DNA of 64,000 nucleotides. Source: Candidatus Eiseniibacteriota bacterium. Lineage in GTDB: Bacteria; Eisenbacteria; RBG-16-71-46; CAVPCR01. The stretch covers positions 96,001-160,000 of the forward strand of contig CAVPCR010000004.1 in the NCBI GenBank assembly GCA_963702435.1, in the 5' to 3' direction. Made by a program: the position numbers and the translations under genes. Of the stretch, positions 56,256 to 64,000 are shown piece after piece. Within the stretch, counting starts at the first letter, position 1. Each line of letters begins with the position of its first letter. Below the pieces are notes generated by a model, which saw nothing but the letters and a program-made list of their open reading frames with translations, was not told the origin of the DNA and searched no databases.

Positions 56256-58211
56256 TCAATGCATCACGACGAGGCGAGCGACGCGCAGGCCGTCGGGTGT
56301 CTCGATCCGGTAGAAATAGACGCCATTGGCGACGACCTGACCATGATCGCCTCTAGCGTCCCAGACCGCGCTGTGTCGGCCGAGCGGCAGTTGCTCGTCG
56401 AGCAACGTCCGCACCAGCCGCCCAGAAACATCGAAAACCCGCACCGTCGTACTCCCCGGGGAAGCCAGCTCGAAGGCAAATGTGCAGCTGTTGGCCATTG
56501 GGTTTGGCGCCACGCCGAGGACACCCGCCGCCGGAGATGGGTGCGGAGCGAAGGGAATGACCGGAATCGAGAGGTCGATCCACCCCGCCGGGACGCGGCG
56601 CTCGGTGTTGAGCCGGAGAGCCGTGTTCCTCGCGTTTGCGTCGTTGCTGGCAATGGCATCGTTGATCTGCCTGGCGATTTGCTGGACCGCCTGACTTGCC
56701 GTCGCCCCGTCCGGGCTCACCACATCGGTCGAACGCAGCCGGTTCGAAGCGACATTGAGCAGGAGCGCGAGGAACTGCTTCTTGGCCCGATTATGCATCG
56801 TGGCGGCACCGCCTGGCGTGAGCGTTGCTTCGATCGCTTCGAGCGTCATTCTGGTCGGCTCATCATCCACCATGAGGAAGGTCACGTTTTCCACGTCGAT
56901 CGAGTTGAGCTGGTTCTCATAGAAGTGCGCGAAGATGAGGTTCGGGTACGTGACGCTCATCGCCTCGAGCGTCTCCTGGGCTTGCCCGTGGCCGCGCAGG
57001 TGCACCCGCGCTTGATGCTTCCAGTAGTTGACCTCGCGCACCGGTCCAGCATCGGGTTGAGTTTCGAGGACGAAGTCCTGCGTCGTCTCCTGCCCCGCCA
57101 TGACGGTGACTTCAGCCATGGCATTTGGTGGATTCACCGCCAGGTAGCCGAGCGGCACGACAAGCGACACCGGGGCCTCCCCCGCGGGGACGTTGTCGAA
57201 ACGGTAGGCCCCATCCGAGTTTGTGAACGCAAACTGGACATGTTGCCCTTCGTCGGCCACCAGGTCTACGGTCACGTTGGCAAGTGGGGTGCTACCCACG
57301 GACACGACTCCTGTGATACTGCCGAGGCCGAGAGGCGGCAGGGTAACAGTCATGACCCAGATGTCTGCATTGCCCGTTCTTCTCGAGAAGAAGGCTATCT
57401 TCGAGCCGTCATGTGACCACGCGGGGCCGCTATCGGCGGCAGGATTGCTCGTGAGCTGAATGGCCGGTCCTCCAGTGGCAGGGACCGCCCAGATGTCATA
57501 GTTGCCGCTGCGCGGGGATGAGAAGGCGATGTAATCGTCGTTTGACCACGATGGCGCGTCATCCGGGCCCGCGTCATTGGTGAGTTGGGTTGGGGTTCCT
57601 CCCAAAGCCGAGACCACCCAGATGTCCCGGTTGCCACTGCGGTCGGACGCGAAGGCGATCTTGCTGCCGTCTGGAGACCACGTCGGCAAGTTGTCCTGAG
57701 CGAGGTCCGTTGTTATCTGGCGGAGGAGCCCACCCGCCGCCTGCATCACCCAGATGTCATCGTTGCCGCCGCGGTTGGACGTGAATGCAATCTCCGTTCC
57801 GTTTGGTGACCAGACCCCGTAAGCGTCATAGGCGGATTCGGTTGTGATCTGCACCGGCAGCGTGCTTGCGTCCGCCGGGATTGCGAAGAGGTCGTTGTTC
57901 TCGGTTTGGTTGGAGTTGTAGATGATGGTTGACCCGTACCATGACGGTGATCCCACCGCCGCCGGATTTCCCTCCCCGTCCCCGTTGATCAGTTGCCAAG
58001 GCGTTCCTCCGGCGGAGGGGATGATCCACAGGCTCTCTTCGTTTCGAGTAAAGACGATCTGGTCGTCGTTCGGTGACCAGGCGGCGTGAAACTCGTCAGC
58101 CGGATCAGTCGTGACCTGATATTCGGCGGCCGCGGCGAGTGAAACACAGAGCACTTGGAGAAGGAGGATCAGAGCGGTGAAAACCGATGGAGACGGCTTA
58201 GATCGACGCAT
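56256..58211 (-). CDS. Secreted TolB/PD40 propeller + carboxypeptidase-regulatory-like domain + FlgD-Ig/T9SS-like C-terminal domain
   Basis: Signal peptide, about six WSPDG..IAF.S.R.GN.DIW repeats, TNSDGAYRF and PNP..VFDVSGRLV..GVYFYR. GGGAGG RBS. Confidence 0.88.
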   Translation of the reverse strand: MRRSKPSPSVFTALILLLQVLCVSLAAAAEYQVTTDPADEFHAAWSPNDDQIVFTRNEESLWIIPSAGGTPWQLINGDGEGNPAAVGSPSWYGSTIIYNSNQTENNDLFAIPADASTLPVQITTESAYDAYGVWSPNGTEIAFTSNRGGNDDIWVMQAAGGLLRQITTDLAQDNLPTWSPDGSKIAFASDRSGNRDIWVVSALGGTPTQLTNDAGPDDAPSWSNDDYIAFSSPRSGNYDIWAVPATGGPAIQLTSNPAADSGPAWSHDGSKIAFFSRRTGNADIWVMTVTLPPLGLGSITGVVSVGSTPLANVTVDLVADEGQHVQFAFTNSDGAYRFDNVPAGEAPVSLVVPLGYLAVNPPNAMAEVTVMAGQETTQDFVLETQPDAGPVREVNYWKHQARVHLRGHGQAQETLEAMSVTYPNLIFAHFYENQLNSIDVENVTFLMVDDEPTRMTLEAIEATLTPGGAATMHNRAKKQFLALLLNVASNRLRSTDVVSPDGATASQAVQQIARQINDAIASNDANARNTALRLNTERRVPAGWIDLSIPVIPFAPHPSPAAGVLGVAPNPMANSCTFAFELASPGSTTVRVFDVSGRLVRTLLDEQLPLGRHSAVWDARGDHGQVVANGVYFYRIETPDGLRVARLVVMH

Positions 58212-58385
58212 GACTGGCCTCCCATTTTTGAGCACGGGTCGGGCCTCGTCGTCGGGCGGCCTGGATGGGGTGCGGCGCTCGGCAGGCGAGGAAAGCCTAC
58301 TGATTCGCGGGATGCTACTCTGCTGTCGCGCCTTCGGAAAGCGGCATTCGGGCCTTGGTGGCCAGCGCGTGTGCTTGGCGCTCAG

Positions 58386-59542
58386 TCAAATCGGTACGTC
58401 GTGGGAGGCGCTTTCCTTGGTCGTGCGCCGGCGTTTGTCGTAAATCTGGGTCGTCGTGACGTGCCGGTGCCCGAGGAGCTCCTGGACCTTCCGGATGTGG
58501 CCGTGGTCGCCCGAAGCGAATGGGGTGTGTAGACGGCGGCGCGGCGGTCCTCCTCGCCGGCGCCGGCTTCCGCCTCCTCGCGGACGGCCTTCGTCGCCGC
58601 CGGGAGCTGCCTGAGGTACCCCTCGACGAGCCGGTACATCGAGGTGGGGGAGATGCGCCGCTTCCCGAGCTTCAGGCTCCGGGGGTTGAGCCGGGCGCGA
58701 AAGAGCGGCCCTGCGTCGAGCCCGGCCTTACCCGTGTACTCCCGGATGGCCTCCGCGGCGACGAAGTGGATGCCAATGGTCCGGTGGCGGTTTCCCTTCT
58801 CGTTGAGTTTCAGCGTCGCCTCCTCGCCGTCCTCGTGGAAGTCGCCGACGTTGAGCCGACAAGCGGTGCCAATCCGAATCCCGGTGTAGAGGAAGACCTT
58901 GAGGATCGCCCGGTCTCGGGCGGCAAGGACGTCGTCGCCCTTGGGGAGGCCCATGAGCTGGCGCGCCCGGGTGGCCGTGAGCGCCCGGGTCTCCCGAAGG
59001 GCGTCGCTGCCGGTCCGCGCGATGAACTGGGCATGGGCGGGGTTGGGGACCGTGATGGGGAGCCTGAGTTCGGCCGCCGCTGCGGCGAGGTACTTGTAGA
59101 AACTCGAAAGCGACGAGATCCGCCGGTTCAAGGTCTTCGGCGCTCGCCCGAGCTCCTCCATCTCGTCCCGCCAGCCGAGGACATCGGCGACTGAGGCCTG
59201 GAGGAGCTTCCACGAATCCTCCGGCCACCTAAGCCCCGTGCCTCCATCTTCTAGAAGGCGACGCCTCAGAAAGAAGATGAAGTCCATGACGTCTCGCCGG
59301 TAGGCCCGCTGGGTGTGGGCGCTCGAGCGCCGCTGGACCCAGCGCTCGAAGATCTCGGTGACCGAGAGGTAAAACGTCTGGGCACGCCGGGCGGACTCCG
59401 GCGTTCCGAGGCCTGCCAGGACCGGCGGCAGCCGCGGCGCGATGTCCGGGCCGGGCTCTCCCGGAAACGTGTCTCCTGGAGTCCTGGTGCGAGTCGGGGT
59501 ATCGGCCTTCGGTCGGCTCGTCTTGCGGACGCCGTCCTCCAT
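58386..59542 (-). pseudogene. Tyrosine recombinase (XerC/D-like) with a frameshifting deletion at 58496/58497
   Basis: RDRAIL...TGIR, KG and HSLRATTAT in one frame. IRKVQELLGH..VTTTQIYD..SASHDVPI* continues in another frame, and the intervening helix is missing. Confidence 0.88.
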
Positions 59543-59621
59543 GCCTTTCCTGTGGTCAGAAGTCGGCCAGCCGCAGCGGATTCCGGGGGCTCGCCGGGCT
59601 CCCCTGCCGGCTCATGACTAC

Positions 59622-59646
59622 GCATGATAAATTCTGTTATCAGTGC
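59622..59646. other. Candidate tyrosine-recombinase core site
   Basis: GCA-TGATAA-attctg-TTATCA-g-TGC: inverted arms with TAA-N6-TTA geometry, about 80 bp upstream of the recombinase. Confidence 0.55.
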
Positions 59647-59702
59647 AACTTAAGCGGAATGGGAGCGGCCGAGCAGGTCTGGGGTAAGGGCTCGGCGGGG
59701 CA

Positions 59703-59746
59703 TGTCGATAGCATCTATTGACATTTGTTGATACCCGTGCGATCGT
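59703..59746 (+). promoter_or_regulatory. Probable parDE promoter with overlapping palindromic operator
   Basis: TGTCGATAG-cat-CTATTGACA inverted repeat (59703-59723) containing TTGACA. A weak TGn-GATCGT -10 lies 17 bp downstream. Confidence 0.5.
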
Positions 59747-59768
59747 AGGCCGAAGGAGCTTCGATGCC

Positions 59769-60038
59769 ATGACGAACATGAACCTCTCCCTTCCCGAGCC
59801 AATGCGCGAGTGGATTGAGGAGCAAGTCAGAGGGGGTCGTTACGGAAACGCAAGCGAGTACGTCCGCGAGCTCATCCGCCGCGACCAGGAACGCAAAGCC
59901 CAGGAGCGTCTAGAGAGGCTCCTCATCGAGGGCCTTGATAGCGGTCCGGCCGCTGAGATGACGCGGAGCGACTGGGACGACCTCAAGCGGCGGCTTATCG
60001 AGCGCCATCAAGAGAAGCTCTCTGGTGGCAAAGGGTAA
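59769..60038 (+). CDS. parD: ParD family antitoxin (ribbon-helix-helix)
   Basis: MNLSLP...W...QV..G.Y..ASEYVRELIR.D...L..L..EGL.SG. AAGGAG RBS. Confidence 0.9.
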   Translation: MTNMNLSLPEPMREWIEEQVRGGRYGNASEYVRELIRRDQERKAQERLERLLIEGLDSGPAAEMTRSDWDDLKRRLIERHQEKLSGGKG

Positions 60039-60348
60039 GGTCCACCGCAGGCCGCGTGCCATCCTGGACCTCGAGGCTCTTTCCGATTACCTCTACGCGG
60101 AGGCAGGGTTCGAAGTCGGCATTCGTTTCCTCGATGCCGCGGACGAGGCGTTTGATCGCCTCCTCGCGATGCCTGAGCTTGGAGCATCGCGCGAGTGGAT
60201 GAGCGAGCGCCTTCCGGGACTTCGCATGTGGCCCATTCCTGGCTTTCCGAACCACCTCGTGTTCTACCGCCCGGTCCAAGGCGGAATCGAGGTTGTCCGA
60301 GTGCTTCATGCGGCGCGCAACATCCCAAGGGCCTTTGAAAACGAGTGA
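60025..60348 (+). CDS. parE: ParE/RelE family toxin
   Basis: A..DL..L.DY, L..MPELG, GLR.WPI.GF..HLVFY and IEVVRVLH.ARN. Overlaps parD. Confidence 0.88.
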   Translation: MAKGKVHRRPRAILDLEALSDYLYAEAGFEVGIRFLDAADEAFDRLLAMPELGASREWMSERLPGLRMWPIPGFPNHLVFYRPVQGGIEVVRVLHAARNIPRAFENE

Positions 60349-61389
60349 GCAAACAGCGTCATGGAGGCCGAGGCATGGGTGACGACGCATTCGAGTGGGA
60401 CTCGTTCGTCTGCCACGCGAGCGAGGACAAAGCGACCTTCGTCTCCCCTCTCGCAGAGGCGCTACGCGCCGAGGGGTTTCGCATCTGGTACGACGGATTC
60501 GTGCTCGAGGTCGGCGACAGCCTACGGCGCAGAATCGATGAGGGGCTGAAGCACAGCCGCTTTGGGGTCGTGGTCCTGAGCAGGGCTTTCTTCGCGAAGG
60601 ACTGGCCGCAGTGGGAACTCGACGGCCTAGCGGCGCGCGAGATGGATAGCGACGATAAGGTCATCCTTCCTGTCTGGCACGGCGTGACGAAGGAGGACGT
60701 GGCCGGGTACTCCCCTTCCCTCGCGGGGAAGGTGGCTGCAAGGAGCGAGGAGGGCCTGGGAAGTGTCGTGCGGCAACTCGCGGCGGTGCTTCGTCGGCCC
60801 GTGAGCCCAAGCGCGCGTCCGTCACCCCGCGAGCGCCGGGAAGCCAAGGGGAGGGCCCGCTCTTCATCGTCGGTGGCGGGCCCCGCAACCTTTTCGGAGC
60901 GTCTCAGGAGACAGCAGGACAAGGAGCGCGAGGAACGCGAGGCTCAGGCCGCGAGGGCCAAATGGCAAGAGCGTCGCGATGAGCTTGTACTCGCCGGGTC
61001 CCAGGACGCCATTGTAGCGGTATGCGCCGAGATTGCGCGCCTTGCGACCGAGGCTCAAGAGGCCCTCGATGAGGACAGGACGAAGCTCCGCATCGAAAAC
61101 CACGGGCGCCAGATTGACGTCTTTTACGGCCGGTACCACCTGCATGTTCGCTACGACCAGCTCTTCGGGAACGTGCCTGATGGGACGGCGCTCGTGCTCG
61201 TGAATAAGCTCGTGAGCGATGATACGTTTCGCGGGGAATGGGCAGATTCACAAGGAGCGATTGGCTCTTGAGGCTGACGAGGCTGGAAAACTCGCCTGGG
61301 AACACCACGGGCGACTTCTCTCGCACTGCGAAATGGCTGAGTGGAGCCTGAATCGCCTTCTTGATGCAGCCGCGGTTGGGGATGCGTGA
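60345..61389 (+). CDS. TIR-domain protein with coiled coil and unknown C-terminal domain; probable +1 frameshift near 61233-61242
   Basis: FVCHASEDK, IWYD, GDSLR..ID.GL..S, VLS..FF.K.WPQWEL and ILPVWH. The ORF stops at 61271, but the +1 frame continues QIHKERLAL..WEH..MAEWSLNRLL to 61389. Confidence 0.82.
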
Positions 61390-61408
61390 GGATGAACCGC
61401 CGGTGTCC

Positions 61409-62128
61409 TCAGGGCGCCGCGGGGAATCCGGGGAGCGTGCGCACCGCGGCCGCCTCGAGCAGGCGATCGTAGAGGCGGAAGTCGTCGATCGGGGTGTCCG
61501 CGGCACCGAGCGCGAACACCGAGGGCAACCTGGGCATGGCGAACGGAGATCCGGTGTCGTTCGCTTGTGCTTCTCCTTGCACGAACGCGACGGTCGTCCC
61601 TGCTTTCGAGTCCCAGCCGAGCGCCAGATGCACCCAGGAGTCGGCCGCGGGGAGCGGAGTCGTGACCTCGTGCCGGGCGCCGGCGTCGTCGTCGAAGGCG
61701 GCGACCAGCCGGGGCGGCGCGCCGCCGATCGCGACATCGAGGTTGAGCGGTGCATCGGAGGAGAGGACAAGGACCGGTGCGGTGTCGGCGGGGGCCGGGG
61801 CGGGTGCCGGGGCGAGTGCCGGCCGCCGCACCCAGAGCATGATCGTCCCTGCCTCCGGCGTGCGGCCGCGGAGGAGGAGTCGCGAGAGCCGTGAGACGTG
61901 GAGCATCGCGACATGGCGGCGCCCGGGTTCGGGGAGGGCGGCCTCGCCATCGGGCCCGGTGACGAACGCGGGTGTCCCCGTCTTCTCGGCACGCACGGCG
62001 CCCAGCCCGCGCGCGTCCGTGACCGTGCCATCGAGCGGGACGTGGACCATGAGCCCGGCGGGCGCGGCGGCCCCGGCCGTGGCGGCGACGAGGAGGAGCG
62101 CGATCGGGAGAACCCGCCCGCAGGTCAT
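61409..62128 (-). CDS. Secreted LamG/ConA-like jelly-roll protein
   Basis: Signal peptide, GTIMLWV, WVHLALGWD and IDDFRLYDRLL. Confidence 0.72.
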   Translation of the reverse strand: MTCGRVLPIALLLVAATAGAAAPAGLMVHVPLDGTVTDARGLGAVRAEKTGTPAFVTGPDGEAALPEPGRRHVAMLHVSRLSRLLLRGRTPEAGTIMLWVRRPALAPAPAPAPADTAPVLVLSSDAPLNLDVAIGGAPPRLVAAFDDDAGARHEVTTPLPAADSWVHLALGWDSKAGTTVAFVQGEAQANDTGSPFAMPRLPSVFALGAADTPIDDFRLYDRLLEAAAVRTLPGFPAAP

Positions 62129-62781
62129 GACCCCCTCGTGGGGATCATGTGGTGCCCGACGACATCGAAGTCGATGTCGATCGTCTCGGCCACGTTGACG
62201 ACCCCGGCCACCTTGATCCGTGTGAGATTGAAGTCGGCGTGCTTGATCGCGAACTTCCCGCGCGCCCGCAGTCTCTGACGGTCGAGGTCGATCGTGACCG
62301 GGATCCGGATCTCGCGCGTCACGCCGTGGAGTGTGAGCGCCACCGTGAGCTCGCCTCGGTGCGAGCCGAAGGCGGGAGCCGGCTTCTCCGGCACGAAACG
62401 CACCTCGCTGAATGAGATCAACGGGAACTCGCCGGCGGCGAGGACCTTCTCGTGCATGTCCTTCTCGATCCGGGCGCGCTTGTCCGCGTCCTCACCGGGA
62501 TCGATGACGGCGAGCGCCGTGCTCCCCGCCGTGATCCGGAGGCCGCATCTGGTGACATCGGTCGAGTCGATGCTCACCAGACCGCCGAACGGGACGGCGA
62601 TCGTGTGGTTGTGACCCGCGAAGCCGAGGAGCCCGGACGAGCCGGTATGGGCGCGGACGGTCGACGAATCGGCGAGGAGTTCATAGATCAGGGTGTGGTC
62701 GGGCGGGGGCTCGCCGGCGGCGGTCCCTGCGCCGAGCAGGACCACGATCGCGAGCGCGAGGGGCGGGAACAGAACGGACAA
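62125..62781 (-). CDS. YceI family protein
   Basis: Signal peptide, L.A.EFP.I.F, LTLHGVTREI, DF.L and V.ETI.I.F. GGAGGTG before TTG. Confidence 0.85.
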   Translation of the reverse strand: MSVLFPPLALAIVVLLGAGTAAGEPPPDHTLIYELLADSSTVRAHTGSSGLLGFAGHNHTIAVPFGGLVSIDSTDVTRCGLRITAGSTALAVIDPGEDADKRARIEKDMHEKVLAAGEFPLISFSEVRFVPEKPAPAFGSHRGELTVALTLHGVTREIRIPVTIDLDRQRLRARGKFAIKHADFNLTRIKVAGVVNVAETIDIDFDVVGHHMIPTRGS

Positions 62782-62920
62782 AAGATCACCTCCGGGTCGG
62801 CATGGCAGGGCGCAGGCGGGGACGGCCGCGCTCGACTATGCTAGCCTGTCCTTTCGAAGAACGCCTCGGGATCTCATCCACTCCCCCCAGCCTGCCGGCC
62901 ACAGTCAAGGAGAGCCGCTC

Positions 62921-63859
62921 GTGCCCGTTTCGAAGCCGGGCCCCACCGGGGTCGTCGCCGGGAGTTCCCCCGCGTGCTCGACTCTCGGGTCGGACGTGCG
63001 CCTCCTCGGCGCGCATCTCAGGATCGCGTTCCAGCTCCTCCTCGCCCCCATCTTCATGCTCGGCGCGCTGCTCGCGGGCGGCGAGCCCACCTTCGCGCTC
63101 GCGCTGTCCTTCATCGCCGTGCACGCCGGCATCTACGGCGGCATGACCGCTTTCAACTCGTACTACGATCGCGATCGCGGCCCGATCGCCTTCATGAAAC
63201 GCCCGGTGCCGGCGACCCCCTTCGTGCGCGATGCCGCACTCGCGATCCAGCTCGGTGCAGTGATCCTCCTCCTTCTCCTGCGCCCGGCCGCGGCCGGGCC
63301 CGCCCTCGCTCTCGTCGCGATGGGCATCGCCTACTCGCATCCGCGCTGGCGGTGGAAGGCGCATCTCGGGGCGAGCCTCTTCGCGGTGAGCGTCGGGCAG
63401 GGGATCCTCGCCTTCGCGATCGGCTATCTCGCGGGCGGCGGCCCGGCGGCCGGGCTTCGCGAGCCGCGAGTCGCCGCGGCGGCGCTCGGCGCCGCGCTCG
63501 TCACGCTCGGCCTCTATCCGGTGACCCAGGTCTACCAGATCGAGGAGGACCGAGCGCGCGGCGATCGCACGCTCGCGATCGCGATCGGGTGGCGCGGCGC
63601 GCTCCTCGTCTCGGCGGTCGTCCTCGCCGCGGGTGTCGGGCTCCTCCTCGGCGCGCTCGCCGGGCGCATCGCGCCCTTCTGGTCGGTCGTTCTCCCGGCC
63701 GGCGTCCTCGGGCTCTGGGGTCTCTTCGGCCTCTGGGCGCGGCGCTTCGAGCAGCTCGATGCATACCGGAATCACGACTGGGCACTCGGACTCGGCATCG
63801 TCGCGGCGAGCGTGTTCTGGCTCCTGATCGTGAGCGAATGGATCCGCCATGCGCGATGA
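62921..63859 (+). CDS. UbiA family prenyltransferase
   Basis: FNSYYDRD.GP, YSHP..RWK and TQVYQIEED..RGD.TLA motifs with multiple TM segments. AAGGAG before GTG. Confidence 0.85.
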   Translation: MPVSKPGPTGVVAGSSPACSTLGSDVRLLGAHLRIAFQLLLAPIFMLGALLAGGEPTFALALSFIAVHAGIYGGMTAFNSYYDRDRGPIAFMKRPVPATPFVRDAALAIQLGAVILLLLLRPAAAGPALALVAMGIAYSHPRWRWKAHLGASLFAVSVGQGILAFAIGYLAGGGPAAGLREPRVAAAALGAALVTLGLYPVTQVYQIEEDRARGDRTLAIAIGWRGALLVSAVVLAAGVGLLLGALAGRIAPFWSVVLPAGVLGLWGLFGLWARRFEQLDAYRNHDWALGLGIVAASVFWLLIVSEWIRHAR

Positions 63860-64000
63860 AGGAACCACGGCCGTCGTGACTGCGGCGGCTTGGCGGCGGG
63901 CGCCGGGCCGCAGCGGCCGGATACGGAGCGCCGTCTGGGCGATCGGCAGCGCGGTCCCCGGTCCCGGGCGGGCGCAACGCGAGCTCGTCGCCTTCATGAA
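63849..64000 (+). CDS. Probable type III polyketide synthase, N-terminus only
   Basis: ATG overlapping the end of the UbiA gene. The frame reads ..SAVWAIGSAVPGPGRAQRELVAFM to the window edge, resembling the IGTAVP....Q start of chalcone-synthase-like enzymes. Confidence 0.5.
   Translation, partial: MRDEGTTAVVTAAAWRRAPGRSGRIRSAVWAIGSAVPGPGRAQRELVAFM

Larger units (their letters stand above)
55850..61390. mobile_element. Degenerate integrative island (tyrosine recombinase, parDE, TIR protein, TolB-like cargo)
   Basis: Visibly lower GC than the flanks, a recombinase pseudogene with an adjacent core-type site, and a TA module. Boundaries are approximate and no att repeats were found. Confidence 0.6.

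Noticed and set aside
55800..61409. Attachment-site direct repeats or Tn3-type terminal inverted repeats bounding the island
   Set aside because: No convincing matching repeat pair or adjacent tRNA was found by eye.

Overview
This is a gene-dense, very GC-rich bacterial chromosomal window. Four secreted proteins with FlgD-Ig/T9SS-like C-terminal domains and one with a TWGxxKxxYR tail suggest an FCB-superphylum candidate lineage such as Eisenbacteria or Latescibacteria (inference). Left to right: mfd-surA; a beta-oxidation block (thiolase-like, FadJ-like, acyl-CoA dehydrogenase) with PPK2 and an M20 hydrolase; secreted, porin and cytochrome c genes; an accessory 22-34 kb block (radical SAM, two MenAT1-like nucleotidyltransferase pairs, msrP, a Mut7-C RNase/CheR fusion, queD, rtcA); a 10-gene Wzm/Wzt polysaccharide operon; udg-pdxA-ftsE-ftsX-envC; a degenerate S41 lipoprotein; a lower-GC island (structured RNA candidate, broken tyrosine recombinase, parDE, TIR protein); and a UbiA prenyltransferase followed by the start of a probable type III PKS. 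The best leads are the Mut7-C/CheR fusion, an intact thiolase ORF lacking all three catalytic residues, the ~270-nt structured intergenic element and the TIR island. Three +1 frameshifts at G-runs may be assembly errors. No rRNA, tRNA or CRISPR array was seen. All family calls come from motif recognition by eye, without database searches.
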